A DNA stretch of 62,925 nt, filler included, from Reticulomyxa filosa (GCA_000512085.1; 18 parts of 18 records of this genome joined end to end with filler, not necessarily neighbours in it); one strand, 5' to 3'; shown: positions 1 through 12,868, counted from the whole stretch's first letter. Translations and numbers: made by a program. The notes: generated by a model not told the origin, from the sequence alone.

Positions 1-1718
1 TTTCCGGGCCTTTCCTGGCTTTGGGGGCCTTCTTCTTGCTTTCCGGGACCTCGCTCAGACTCTTCGATAAATCAGCAGTGTTTATGTTAGATTCTTCTAA
101 TATTAAATATCAATCAAATTGCAAAATATCAGTTATCACAACTAATAAAATTAAACAACTAATCAAAAAATAAAATAAATTGTTGAAGCATTTTTAGCGT
201 TGCTTGCTTGGCCTTCGGTGGCCTTGTCGTTACGCTAGTAGCCTAAGTCTACTCTCGTGTTAATGATCTATTATTTTTGCCAGCCCGCTATGTGAGATGT
301 ATTTTGGACATTTGTTACTTCACTAAAGTGTTGGCTTTTTTTTCATACTTTTGGCTTTTAGTTGCCAACGACGATAATTGACCCAAATTTTTTTTTACGC
401 TCCATCTAAAAAAAATACTTTTTAAAATCTTTAAAAACGTAAACAAAATTTCTTTCCAAGATATTTTATGAAATGCCTAAAAAGAATTGTAAAATTTCAT
501 AATCCAGAAAAATATTAAAATTTTAAAAATCTAATGAAAGATATAAATTTTTGGTTTTTGAAAGATGCAGTTTCATTCTTCTGCTCGGTTATAATTTATC
601 ATCTAAAACTTGTTCTTATCTAGGATGCTAGTAAAAAATATTGCAAGTGTTGTTTCTATATACCTAAAAAATTTTGGAAACAGATTTATCTAAATGTGTG
701 AGTTATTTTGTCTTTTCTGTGCTTTTTTCCAGTAAAACGCTTAGAAAAATTTCGACCAGATCACAGCACATCGTAATAACAGGAGCAAGGAAATAAAACA
801 AACAAACTAATCACAAGCAAACAAACACATGCAAAGAAAGTTGGGTGGAAACGAATTGAATACTTTTTTAAAAAAAAAAGGAAAAGTTCGTCAAAAAGTC
901 AATTTTTCTATGCCGAATTTTGGTGCTGTTTTCAAATCTTTCAAAAATGTTTGAGATTTTCATGTAATAGTGAAAATGTGATTTTGTTAGAGATTAAATT
1001 CTATGCAACAGCCAAACATTAAAAAGGACAAAGTACTCTTTTCATTTTGCTACAATTATTTTTCAAAAATATAAAAATGTGTTAAGTGTTAAACACATAA
1101 TCTTTATTTGTTGAAAAAAATGGGATCAAACATTTTTGTTGACGAGTACAAAAAGAAAAGAGTGTGTTTGGCAAACAATGACCCCAAATCCACAATAATA
1201 TTTTGTATTTTGATTCTCCATTTCATGTGAAAGATTATTACTCCTCCTGCGCAACAAAACTTTTTAGCAAAAAAAAACAAATATACAAAAACACCTAAAT
1301 CAATTGACTTATCTTCATAAATGGCGTTTTTGTAGCCAATTAGCACAAACAAAGCAAATTCATCAAAAACTGTGAAACATGTGAAATGACGTCCTTCCAA
1401 AAGTTTTGTACTTGGAAAAAAATCAAGTTCATAATAACAAACACACTATTTGCGATTGTGTTTTTTAAAAGGTTAAAACAGTAAAAATTCCACAAATTAC
1501 TTTATTTGTAAACACGGGCGTGTCTTTTTTAAAAGGAAATTTTATAAGACGGAAATACCTATTTGTATTTGTTTGCTCACAAAGTTTTCTTTTAAGTTAC
1601 TGTCTTAAACTCTGTAACGCTGTACAACTCAAAAGTAGTTCTTCCCTTTTTCTTCAAAAAAGAACCGAAACCAGACAAAGACAGTTTATATTTACATTTT
1701 CCTCATTTTTTTTGCAAA

Positions 1719-4305
1719 ATGACCGAAGCAGAGAGCGTGTCACAACCTACCGAGATAATAACCGAGCCACGCCTGTCAGTTGTATAACAAACACCAAAAC
1801 TTTGTGTTGGATCATTTGTCCGAAATTCAACAACCGCGTTGTGTGCTTACATAGAAATATGAAAGAGCAGGAAAAGATCGGAGAAGGAACAGTACTCAAG
1901 TAATTAAAGTGGCTTTTTTTTGTTTGTTTTGTACAATATTAAGGAAAAAAAAAATAGCGAAAGTTCAACGGATGACAAAAGCCAAGTAAAACCGTTTGAT
2001 GAAGCAAAGGAAAGTGATAAATCGAACAAATCAATGGTACTGGACGTCCGAAAGTATTACAATCGGCCATGGTTTATGTGGTTAACGAATGGGATCGAAT
2101 CAACACGTTGGATTCTCAATCGTGTTTTATCATTTCGACCTTTTTTTGCTTCAGTTCCGTTCCGGGGAATATTCCATTCAATCCTCTCAAGTATGTATAT
2201 GACTGCAGCATTGCTGACTTACTTTTCCTTGCGATTGTCCTGGCTGTTTTGATTCGAAGTATCATTCAATTTGTTGCGCCAGACGCAAGACATAAATATG
2301 GTTAGGGTACACTTTACAAAATCCCAAAAAAAAAAAATGGCAGGAAAGAAATTTTAAAGTCTTGTTTAAAAAAAAAAAGGAAACAGTTTAGGATCTTCTG
2401 CAGATGCACTTTTTGCATTTACCTGGATCTTTGCTCTTCGAAATACACTGTGGAATTTACTATTTGGAATTAGTTCAGGTTCAAATGATGTTTTGTTTGT
2501 GGTTCATTTTTTTTTTTTTTGCTGTTGGAAGCAAAAAGAAAAAATTCATGAGGCAAAAGAGGGGGATGTGTGTACTGACAGAGAGGCTGCTAGTATACCA
2601 TAAAGTCTTGGCGTTTTTTGCCATACCTGTGGCATTTTTTCATGGCTGGGTGATAGCCCCTGACATGTATCGTCGGAGATTGAGAAATCAAGATGAATCG
2701 GGATCAGGGCCAAGATCGGAATCTAACCATGTTTTGCTTTTGTTTTTTTTATATATGTAATTAAAAAGAGATACCAATAAGAAAATAAATTGTATTAATT
2801 ACAAAATGTTTTTTAAAAAAAGTCGGGGACAAGAGACCTGACCGGATGGATTTTTACTTATGTTGCAATTGCAATAGTTAATACATACGTATACTTATTT
2901 TTTTATTGTATTTATCCGTTGATATATCTTCAAATGTGTAAATTTATAATGATACACATTATAAATTTTTTGGTGAGCACATGTGCATTATGCTGAAACT
3001 TAAAAAAAAAAAAACAGATTATATTTGCATTTTGGATGATTCGTCGTCGTTGGTTTGACCAATTTTTGATTATCCATTATGCACTTTTTTTATTTGCGTA
3101 TATTTGCGCAGCTTTACATGAGGTATCGTTTCTTCATGTTGCGTTCGCGTTTTTTTGCATCGATTGGCTGTTTCGAGTGATCCGCGTGTTCGGAAGACCT
3201 GTCACTGTGAAAAAAATGCAAGCGTTGCCTGGAAATGTGATTCGAATTGAATTTGACAAGTCTTGCTTCACTTATGAAGCGGGGCAATATGTCTTTGTTT
3301 GGATACCTGCTGTTGGCCTGTTTCGTTTTTGTTTGTTTGTTTTTTTATTAAAAAAAGGTTAAACGGACAACGTAATTAAATAAAATACAAAAAAATAAAG
3401 ATTTGAAAGTCATCCATTTAGTTTATCAACGTGTCCTGAAGATGAAACCATAATGATTCATATCCGAGTACTTGGGGATTGGACTAAGCGGCTGTACGAA
3501 TTGGCAAACAGCGGCAATCAAGATTGGAGCAAATTACACATGTATGTGGAAGGGCCTTACGGAAGTTGTACAGTGGAATGGAAAAAATATCAAAGGATAT
3601 TACTGATTTCTGGAGGCATTGGTTTGTTTTTATAAAAAAAAAAATGGTCAATAACACATAATTAAAAAAAACAATGAACCACTTAGGAATTACTCCCATG
3701 CAATCTATTTTCAATCAAATGCTACACGATGTGAAGCGTGGACGATGTCGTTTAAAAAAGATCGTGTTTGTATGGACCGTCCGAGATCCTACCATGGTGA
3801 ACGAGTTTGGACAAAGACATTGGGCTGGCGTTCAGTACGATGTCAAACAATCTTTGCCGGATATTGAAAATGACACGGATGATTCGTCAATTAATCCGCA
3901 CCAGGTGCAAGTTTTTTCTCATTTGTAGAGCCACTTATTTATAAAAGTAAAGTATATATATGTAAATAGCGTCCGTTGCCTAAATATTTTTCCCCCGATT
4001 TATTGTTGATTTCGCAAGGAAAACGCAAAGTACAACAAACCGAAGTGATATCAAACTTTCATCTGACGGGAGTGGACGGCCAAGAACAGCAACAGACATT
4101 GGCGAAGGAGTTTCCATTCTTACTATTTTCACGACCTGATATTGAAGCTTTGATCAAAGACATCAAACACAGCCATTCACACAACGATGGCTGCGCTTGC
4201 AATTGTGCTGTTTTGTGTTGCGGCCCAACTCCCATGGTTGAAGAGGTCCGAAAGTTTACCGCAAAACACCGAGTTGATTGCCATTCGGAAATATTTGAAT
4301 TTTAA
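1719..4305 (+). CDS. Ferric reductase / NADPH oxidase family flavocytochrome (multi-exon)
   Basis: Spliced exons give TM motifs (ALRNTLWNLLFGIS..ERLLVYHK; FLIIHY...AALH with heme-ligand His), FAD-binding GQYVFVWIP / ESHPFSLST / IRVLGDWT, and NADPH-binding VEGPYG, LISGGIGITP, FVWTVRD, CCGP, ending HSEIFEF*. A probable 1-nt homopolymer frameshift lies near 2163. Confidence 0.92.
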
Positions 4306-4852
4306 TTCCATTATTTTTACATTTGTTTTTGTTCACAGCAATCGTGTCACTTTTATTGTTTTTTGTTTTGTTTGTGGAGTGGAATTCAATGAACACGCTG
4401 GCACTCATACTTTCGATTAATTTTTTAAGTTGTTGCTTACTTTTTTAAAAAGGAAATGTGCATTCTAACATCCTTTTTCTCAGTATACTTATTTCTTTGA
4501 AAAAAAATGGGAAATGAAAATAACATTCCAATTGAGTGTTCTGGATTGATTCAATATTATCGTGAATACTTAAGGAGTGGTATGCCGATACACACAAAAA
4601 AAAGCTCATGACATTATAGACTTTGAACAAACCAAACGAAGCCCAGAACAAAATATTGACAACAAATAAACACAAATATTTCACACTGACCAGAAAAAAA
4701 AAATCACAGACCATAAAAAAAAATTATATATTTATATATATGTATGTATATAAAAGAGATTTCGAACAATAGGTCTTTTTCGAAGCAAGTCAATAGAAAA
4801 ATCCAACTTAAGCGCAAAGAAAGAGGCCAAAACTCTTCTTTTGTCTACTTGA

Positions 4853-5905
4853 TCATTTCGAGTTAGGGTGGACGTAGTTGCAATGATTTCTGCTGTTTGA
4901 CTTGGATGACGGCACGAAAATGTGCAGAGATTGGACAGAAGGACGATGCATATTGTTTTTACCTTTTGAGCTGCATTTGGAAGCCGTGTCGCGAACGCCC
5001 TCATCACCGTTGCTAATACTTTCGTCAGTGTCATTACAATATGTTTCTTTGCTTTGTCTTGGCTTGCATTGATGGCTTGGCTGTTTTCCCAGGTCGAGCT
5101 TCGACTTTGCAATTTCGGCCGAAGAGGAATACAAAGTGTCATTGCTTTTGTTGTTTGACAATCTTTTTCATTTTCGAAGAAGAGGGTGGAAGAGGAAGAA
5201 GGGAAAAAAAAAACAATGTCCCTTTTTTTTGTGCTGCATGTATACGCATGTGCATATGTGTGTATATAGCTCCAAAGCTGTGTCAAGGTTTGGTCTTGTT
5301 CAATAGCGAAAAAAATGGACTGTCTCTGCCTTGCAGAGGATTGGCTTGCATACAAAATGGACCGCTTGCTGTCGTCTGCGATCGGAGTAGTGACGTTAGA
5401 GGTACATGTGTCTGTTGCCATTGAAATGGATGTTGCGGAACAATCTACAAAGGGGGTCGTGTGCAACGTCGACGCATTAGCCTCTACACAGGATCGCAAA
5501 GTAGAGTGGCAAGGCAATGGAGACTGATGTGGTGATCTAAAAGATGAGAAGGAGAGAGAGAGAAGAAAAGGAAAGGGTATATATGTATGTATACCAAAAA
5601 CAGATCCTATTGGAAATGGAGGGAAGAGAAAGAGGAAAGAAAAAAAACAACTGAAGTTTGAACAGCCGTTCTCCGCTCAAATGTTCGGGAACACTGAATG
5701 TGGGAACACTTGCTTTTGTGAGCAACGGAGAATTCTGTTCTGCATTTTCATAAGGACTGCAATATTGGAAGGACGCAAACGTCGCAAATAATTGCACTGC
5801 CTCGCTAACACAGCTTTCAAAACTTGGAGTAGGGCCCAACGTAGACGGGGTCGTCTCCAAGATGGGAGAGAGCGTGTGCAATTTTTGACTAAGTGAAGGA
5901 TACAT
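4853..5905 (-). CDS. Hypothetical Ser/Thr-rich protein (multi-exon, boundaries uncertain)
   Basis: Three exon-like, GC-richer open segments (about 5650-5905, 5270-5535, 4853-5161) separated by AT/purine-rich intron-like sequence. No domain recognised. Confidence 0.35.
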
Positions 5906-6394
5906 GTGTAATATTTTCTGTCTGAACGTCCCGAGTGTATTTCTTTTTTTTTTTGCAAATGTTTCAACAACCGCACTGATTTAATAAAAACTCGTGGAGA
6001 TAACCCCTTTACAGCAGTGAAAACAACGGCGACATTAAATGCAATAAAATCTTGAATGGATGAGGGGTGTCCAAGTTTTGAAACATCGACAAAACATACA
6101 TAAAGAAATGAAGCAAAAGTGATTATTTTGAAGAGATGTTTCTTTCCAACTTTCAAGCAAATACTAACAATTGGCAATACAATGTCCTTGTAGCGATCAG
6201 GTTTTACTTTTATCCTGACATATACCGATACTTTAAAGTAATTAAAATAAGCTCCATTGCACATTTTAATGAACAAAAAAAAATTGTGTTGATTTCGGAA
6301 AGTGTGTTTTATTATGAGTGGTTAAATTTTTTGCTAATGAGAAAAAAAAAAGTATATAACGGTCTGAAATGAAATAAGAAAGAGATGAAAAGTT

Positions 6395-7652
6395 TTATGC
6401 ACGACGCAAACCAAAGAGTTGGAAAAAACTGTGAAAAATATTTGACATGAGGCTGGGTTTTGGTTGAGAAGGATTTGCCAGCCAAGTAAAAAAACGTTTG
6501 GCAATGAAATACAAAAGTCCCAAAAGAGTGAAGACGGCCCATCGTTCTCGGGGATAAAAACCATGAAAAACACGATGAAAAAGTACGGTCAGCTTTTCAA
6601 AAATGTCTGTATGGTATTTGTTTGCAAAAGGAGTGACATGACGTATGGAAAAATAGGCGGACGAATTGGTCGAGCTAACACAAGGAATGATGACATCAGG
6701 AATGTTCCGGAACAGTTCTCCCAAATTACGCCAATTGTAATAAACAGTTGCTACCCTGCGTTTGCGATTCACGACAAATAAAAAGGTATCTCCATTACGT
6801 GGTCCAAATAAAACTGGTATTTTTTGAGGAGGGGCCTTGGGACCTAATATATAATTTTGTTATTTTGGCAAAATTATGTACATATATGGATATGTGTCGC
6901 TATTTTCAAATGCAAAAAAATAAATTAATAAAATAAAATGTTTGTCTTTTTTTTTTAAAGGGACCATTTGGATAGTAGTGGAGATACTTTGAATTGAGGG
7001 TGAATGACAAAGCAAATTCATTGGAGGTGCTTCCCAAAGGAGCGTTCCAATTGTAAGAATGACGATATTTTTTCAAAGACCCTTTCAAAAAACCGATCGA
7101 CGTGCCATGGACTCCAATTTTCCAACACACAATTTCCCAAATGAAATACTTGTCGTTTATTGTTCTTAAATCAACCTCATAATCACATATCACTTTTCCT
7201 GTTTCATTCTGATATTTCACATACTTTTTATTTTCCGAAATTTTTATATTCTCCGATATCGGTCCATGACTTTTAAATCCTAATACTATATACATACATA
7301 TACATATATATCTATTGCGTATACGTAAGAAAAAGAATATATACGTATATATAAGCAGACCCAGTGATGAAGTATTTGCAAGAATTGGCGCAGAAAACTT
7401 GCTCCATCCGAAATGATTGTACCCACGGACTCGAATTTGATAAGAAGAGGAATAATTCAAATACTTGATCGTGAATTCTTTTTTTTTGGATGCATCTATC
7501 TTTTGACTTGTCAGCCATTCACTCTTCCTTTTTTTTTTGCTTTTTCTTTTTCTTTTGTCTTTGTTCTTTTGACTTGCACTTCTTTTGATCGAATTTCTTT
7601 GTCTGTCAATTGTCGTTGTTTCTTCTGTTGCTTCGTCTTCTTCTTCTTCTTC
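6395..7652 (-). CDS. FN3 + SPRY/B30.2-like protein with C-terminal hydrophobic anchor (5' partial)
   Basis: FN3 C-terminal strands YQIRVRGYNHFGWSKFS; SPRY-like YFIWEIVCW...TSIGF...GDTFLFVVN...YYNWRNLGELF...IIPCVS; hydrophobic tail WAVFTLLGLLYFIAKRF. Confidence 0.7.
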
Positions 7653-7752
7653 NNNNNNNNNNNNNNNNNNNNNNNNNNNNNNNNNNNNNNNNNNNNTTAA
7701 TTAATTAANNNNNNNNNNNNNNNNNNNNNNNNNNNNNNNNNNNNNNNNNNNN
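7653..7752. other. Artificial contig spacer (N44-TTAATTAATTAA-N44), first of 17
   Basis: Identical 100-bp spacers start at 7653, 10049, 15524, 16776, 18000, 19298, 20740, 22235, 24127, 36783, 44085, 45995, 47771, 53608, 55730, 56896 and 58841. TTAATTAATTAA gives a stop in all six frames. Confidence 0.99.
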
Positions 7753-7765
7753 TTTTAATATTAAA

Positions 7766-9060
7766 ATGGTGAAACATTTGAACACTTTTAAGAAAGGAGT
7801 TGATATTGGTATGCTGGTTGGTGGAGCTAGCATTCGATTTGTAGCAAAGAAATTTAATGTAATTATAGATTTTTAAAAAATTATGTTTAAATCTTTATTT
7901 TTCATGGAGAAAATCGATTCTCTTCATATAATGCAATTTAGGTATGACAGTTTTTTTTGCAATATACTGTACGTATCATTACAAATATTTAATAGTATCT
8001 GAATGACCAACAAATAATATTGACTTTCGTGGCACAAACATGCGTCATTTCATTACGAAGCAAACTAGATTTCACGAAGAAATTCATATGAAATAGAATC
8101 TTGCAATGTCTATTATAAAGCTTTACTGACAAATGAAGAAACAATTATTCTAGCTTTGATTGCCTTATTCTATTTGGAGTTAAGGCAAGTTTGACAACAT
8201 TAATCACTTACTTTACGTATGCTCTTTATCGCAATATCCACAACTGCGCAAATTTCTTATGCTACGTGCATAGTTGTGCTATTTGATAAGATATCACCCA
8301 ATGGTGATTACTAATCTAGACATGATTGTATTGTATGTTTCACATGATATCTGATGTGACAGCGGATTATTGAGTTCTTTTTGACAATTTCATGAAAGCT
8401 TCTTACTATTTTAGGTGATTTCAACAATTTAAGATACTACGATAGTAAAATATACATATTTACTCAAGTCATAATATTAATATACATCAGTTTGCAAAAA
8501 AAACAGGACACATATAATGATACTTTATTAAGCTCCTTTTTTTTATTTATTTGAATTTTATGATGTGAAATGAGATTTATCAGTACATCGTTAGGACGCG
8601 AAAGACTTGAAAAGGCTATTAAGTATCGAAAATGAAGTTATAGTTTTTTATTTGGTAATAACTAACTTGAAGTTGAATGGATTATATACGATTACAGAAA
8701 AGATAAAACTGAAACTGACTGAAGAATATAAAGCAAAGCGACTTAATTTTATTAATAAACACAAAATTAGACTGTATATGATTGGAAAAAGTTATATTTT
8801 TTGAAGAAATAAAAGTTACTTATATTGGATATGTGGACAAAAAAATGGCAGAATTTTTGATGGTGTATAGTCATGACATGTGATTGTTTTGTGCTAAAGG
8901 CGTTGACACTCTTGCAAGATTGAAGGATGCGTTAATGTCACAATTTATAAAAAATATTTTATGATGAAATACTAAAAGCATTCAATATTACTTATATAAT
9001 AATAAAAACTGATTATTTTTACAATATAGCACAAAACATAACAAACATAAGAAAATCTTG
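7766..9060 (+). mobile_element. Decayed Tc1-like (Tc1/mariner DDE) transposase remnant, interrupted
   Basis: 7766-7861 encodes MVKHLNTFKKGVDIGMLVGGASIRFVAKKFNV (Tc1 N-terminal HTH). 8590-9060, across frameshifts and stops, reads KRLLS..KLTEEYKAKRLNFINKH..TVYDWKKVIFFEEIKV (cf. WxxVIFSDExK) and ..DCFCAKGV..CKIEGCVN..IY (cf. WGCFSxxGVG..IxGxMNxxxY). No TIRs found. Confidence 0.7.
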
Positions 9061-9405
9061 CAATTACTATTGTATTTATTTTGGAGTAATATTTGCCAAT
9101 TTAAGAAAATATTTTTCACCTTTGGCGTCTTCATGAAGAATTATTGACTTGTTTTTTTTTCAACTAGCTGCTAGAAAGTAATAGTCTACACAATGCGATA
9201 TTCTTGTATGTTAATTCATGCTTGCTCGACAAAAGTCGAGTGATTATTTCATTTTTTCTTAAACAAATTTGAGATGTTTTCTCAAGGAATGAAGTATAAT
9301 TCGGTAATGATGGTCAAATAGCGCAAGACAAAGTTTTTTCGCCTGTTTGTGAAGGAGCTTTAACTCTTTAATGTTAAGACTTGGAAGCCAATTTGTGCGA
9401 GTATC

Positions 9406-9870
9406 ATGGCTTCAACAAACGGCATAATCGCGAAAACAACTAATTCCAGCGCGTCAATGACAACATCGGTCAACAATAATAGCAGTACTGTTGTTTCACG
9501 AAACCTACATCATATTTTAGAACAAAAGCAGCACAGTCATATTTTTACAATCCTCAAATCGCTACAACAACGCGCAACCGAAGAAGCAGATAAATTTGTG
9601 GAATCTCACTACCTCAAGTGCGACTCGTTGCTGCAAGAAATTGTGAACATATTGGTCCTCACTCATTTGGCAAATCAATACACTTCATCCAAAAGCAGCA
9701 CAACAGCAAGTAATTCAAAAAATAATACCAACACAGACACAAATAATAACTCGACGGATGACTCAAGTCGATTAACGGCGACACTCTTATTGGTGCTACC
9801 TTTTGTCAGTTCCTTGCCGATGCAAGCCAAGGCAGCGGTCAAATATGTAAATTTTGATAGTCACGACGTG
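9406..9870 (+). CDS. Hypothetical protein, first exon (3' partial)
   Basis: ATG-initiated 155-codon open exon (MASTNGII...SHDV) followed by a GTATGT donor and a T-rich intron running to the contig end. Confidence 0.5.
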
Positions 9871-10002
9871 GTATGTTTCCTAAATCTTAATCGACTCCCT
9901 TTCTTCATATCTTTTCCTTTCCGATCCGAGAGAGTGGAAATTTCCGGAAATTTCTGGTTTTCTTGGACATTCTCCCTTTTTAAAAAAAAGATTTACATAC
10001 AC

Positions 10003-10035
<33 letters not shown>

Positions 10036-10148
10036 CTTTTTTTTTTTTNNNNNNNNNNNNNNNNNNNNNNNNNNNNNNNNNNNNNNNNNNNNTTAATTAA
10101 TTAANNNNNNNNNNNNNNNNNNNNNNNNNNNNNNNNNNNNNNNNNNNN

Positions 10149-10490
10149 AACTAATCCTTGTTCATTACTTTTTATCATCGTTTCGACAATTTTAGCTGCT
10201 TGTACAATAGAGCTCTCCCAATTAGAATTCCAATTTCTTTTCAAATCCAAATATTCACCATTCTGTGTCATTGATAATATTTTCTCTTTATTTTCCTTGA
10301 CATTATTATTCGATATACAATTTTGATCTTCTTTGGTTTTTTCTATTTATAGGTATGTACGTTACTGCTGTCGTGTTTTGTGTGTTCTAAAGCTTTTTAA
10401 AAGAAAAAACATACCACGTCGAAAAAAAGAAATGATGTTCCAGGACATTTTGGATTGTTGCTCTTCGACACAAATGTCAATATTGATTAA
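10149..10490 (-). CDS. Hypothetical protein fragment (3' truncated by contig end)
   Basis: Open exon of about 10149-10330 missing from the ORF track: EDQNCISNNNVKENKEKILSMTQNGEYLDLKRNWNSNWESSIVQAAKIVETMIKSNEQGLV. It resembles, from recollection only, an expanded Reticulomyxa hypothetical family. Confidence 0.4.
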
Positions 10491-10807
10491 TCTCAAAAAA
10501 AAGCTATATACTTTTTGAAAAAAGTTCACTCTATTTTGTCTTTTCAATTTTTTTAATAGGAACTCGAAATGGCATAATCTGTAAACAGATCTTTATAATT
10601 ATCCTTTCCCAATTTTGTAATAACTTAGTTTTGCATTTACACGTCTAAATTGCACAGAGTTATGCCGAAAATATGTGTAGTGCTATGAAAACAAAAGTAA
10701 GAAAGAATGTTAATGTCAAATCTTTTGGTTTGGCTTGGCATTCAAAATCATGCCATAGTGTTGGTGCCCAGAGAGTTTAAACTTTGCCAGATTGACACGC
10801 ATAAAAG

Positions 10808-12240
10808 ATGACAACCACAATTTCATTAACACTTTGTGATTCTCATAATCCAAGAAATGTCGGAAAAGTAGAACTACCCCTCAATGAATTGTCAATAGAA
10901 AGATTAATAAAAGTAGCAAGCGAACGGTTAAGCCTAAAAAAAATAACAAAAGCGTGGTTAGAAAAAGGAGATGAACTGACAAGCACAAAAGCGTTGAAAC
11001 CAGGAGATTGGGTATATTTTTCAGACGGACGTACTATTCAAAGTTCGCACGAAGTGATACACCTATGCATGTTAGGCTCGGGTGCTGTGGGCAAGTCTGG
11101 TTAAAAAAAAAACTTTTAGTGTGTGATGAGCAGTGTATACGTTGCAAAAAAAAAAAAAAAAGGGGGTCATGTTTTAAATGGTATGTAAATTTTTGGCGTT
11201 TATTCTTTGTTGATGGGTGTGTATGATCCAAACATAAACCAAATCGAATTATAGCGCTTACACTTCAATTCATTCAAAACAAATTTATATGTGATTACGA
11301 CCCAACAATTGAAGGTAATGGAGTTGATTTTTTTTTTTTTTCTTTTCTATCAAATGCTACAATTAAAAAAAAAACATCAAGTAATGATCAATTCGATTAT
11401 CTTTATTTATCTCTTTTTACAACTTTTGTCCTATAGACGCTTACAGAAAGCCTGTCAACGTGGATGGCTCATCTGTGCTTCTTGACATTTTAGACACGGC
11501 TGGACAAGAAGTTAAGATGTGACAAAAAAAAAAAAGATCCATGTTGTGTATCGGGTGCCCTCTTTTTTTTTTTTTTTTTTTTTTTATTGGTTTGAATTTA
11601 AGCATTTTGAATCCTCCCTTTTTTTTTTTTTTAGGATTTTATTGCGTTGAGAACGTCGTGGATGAAAGACAAGGATGGCTTCGTACTCGTGTTTTCAATA
11701 GTTCAACGCAAGTCGTTGGATGACTTGCGTGGCTTTTATGAGTCATTGTGCGAAGTGTACGATGAAAAAGTGCCTCCGTTCATTTTAGTTGGGAACAAGG
11801 CGGATCTAGACAATCGCGAAGTTTTGGAAACGAACCCAGAAAAATATCGTCGAGAGATTTCCCAAGAAGAAGCTATCGAAATCGCAAAAAATGGGGAGCT
11901 CTCAAGTCAATCCTTTTCTTTTTTTTTTTTGCTTTGAAATTTTTTTTTTGAAAAAGTATCTGTATGTATGCCAACTCACAGATATATTGAGACGTCAGCA
12001 CTGACAGGATACAACGTGCAGAATTTATATGGAGCCCTTGTGAGGTGTGTCTTGTTATATGTATGGGGGGTATATTATATTATTTGTTTGATGTGCATGT
12101 GAGATATACCACAATCCGTTTTTCTTTTTTGTTGTTGTCGTGTACATACTTCAAGAGAAATAATCAACCCCAAGCTACCTCAAGAACCAGTCCAAGTCAG
12201 AACACAAAAGAAGTGGTGGGAAAATTGTGTCCTTTTATGA
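10808..12240 (+). CDS. Ras-family small GTPase with N-terminal KHA/DCX-like domain and C-terminal CaaX (CVLL)
   Basis: Spliced G1 GSGAVGKS, effector loop YDPTIED, G3 DTAGQE, G4 NKAD, G5 ETSA, ending QKKWWENCVLL* (TGA at 12238-12240). About 80 extra aa precede the G-domain in exon 1. One A is missing in a homopolymer near 11890. Confidence 0.93.
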
Positions 12241-12868
12241 GACACATATCTCTTTCGAAGTCGATATTCGAAACTTTTTTTTATGTTGAGTGGATTACAT
12301 AATTTTATCGCCACTCTTTCTTTTTTTTTTTTTACATTGGAAAAAAAAATGAACGCAAAGAGTTTTTATGATTGTATACAGTGTTGAGAAGTTTTCAATA
12401 ATAATAAAAACAACCTCTCTAACCACTCCGTAATCTTCCAATGTTATTAAGACCAACACAACCTCAAACTTTAGCATGTGATGGATTAAAAAATTCGACT
12501 TCTCCCCCTTCACTACTATGGTTTTTTTAATAAAAAAAAAAACGATAAGTACTAACAAACATAACTTTTGTGAAGGGGTTTTTTCGAGTGAATTTTTTTT
12601 CTCAACAAAAACTGCTAATCTCAAACAAAGGAAACGTCACAGTGAGAAGTAGAAAAAAAAAAGTTGGCATAATTTTGGTGTGTTGTATCTGCACGATTAA
12701 ACAACAACAATAGCAAAAGTATTTTGATAAGTGTTTTGGGAAGGACAATTGTGGATCAAGTTTCTGTTTTGTTTTAGGAAGGGAAAAAAAGAAATTGGAA
12801 ATTTATTTTTTTATTTTTTTTTTTACAACCCGATGTTTTCTTGTTGTATTTGTGGCTGCAAGATATGG

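Noticed and set aside
8280-8400. WD40-like fragment (ISPNG...) inside the Tc1 insertion
   Set aside because: Too short and degenerate to support.
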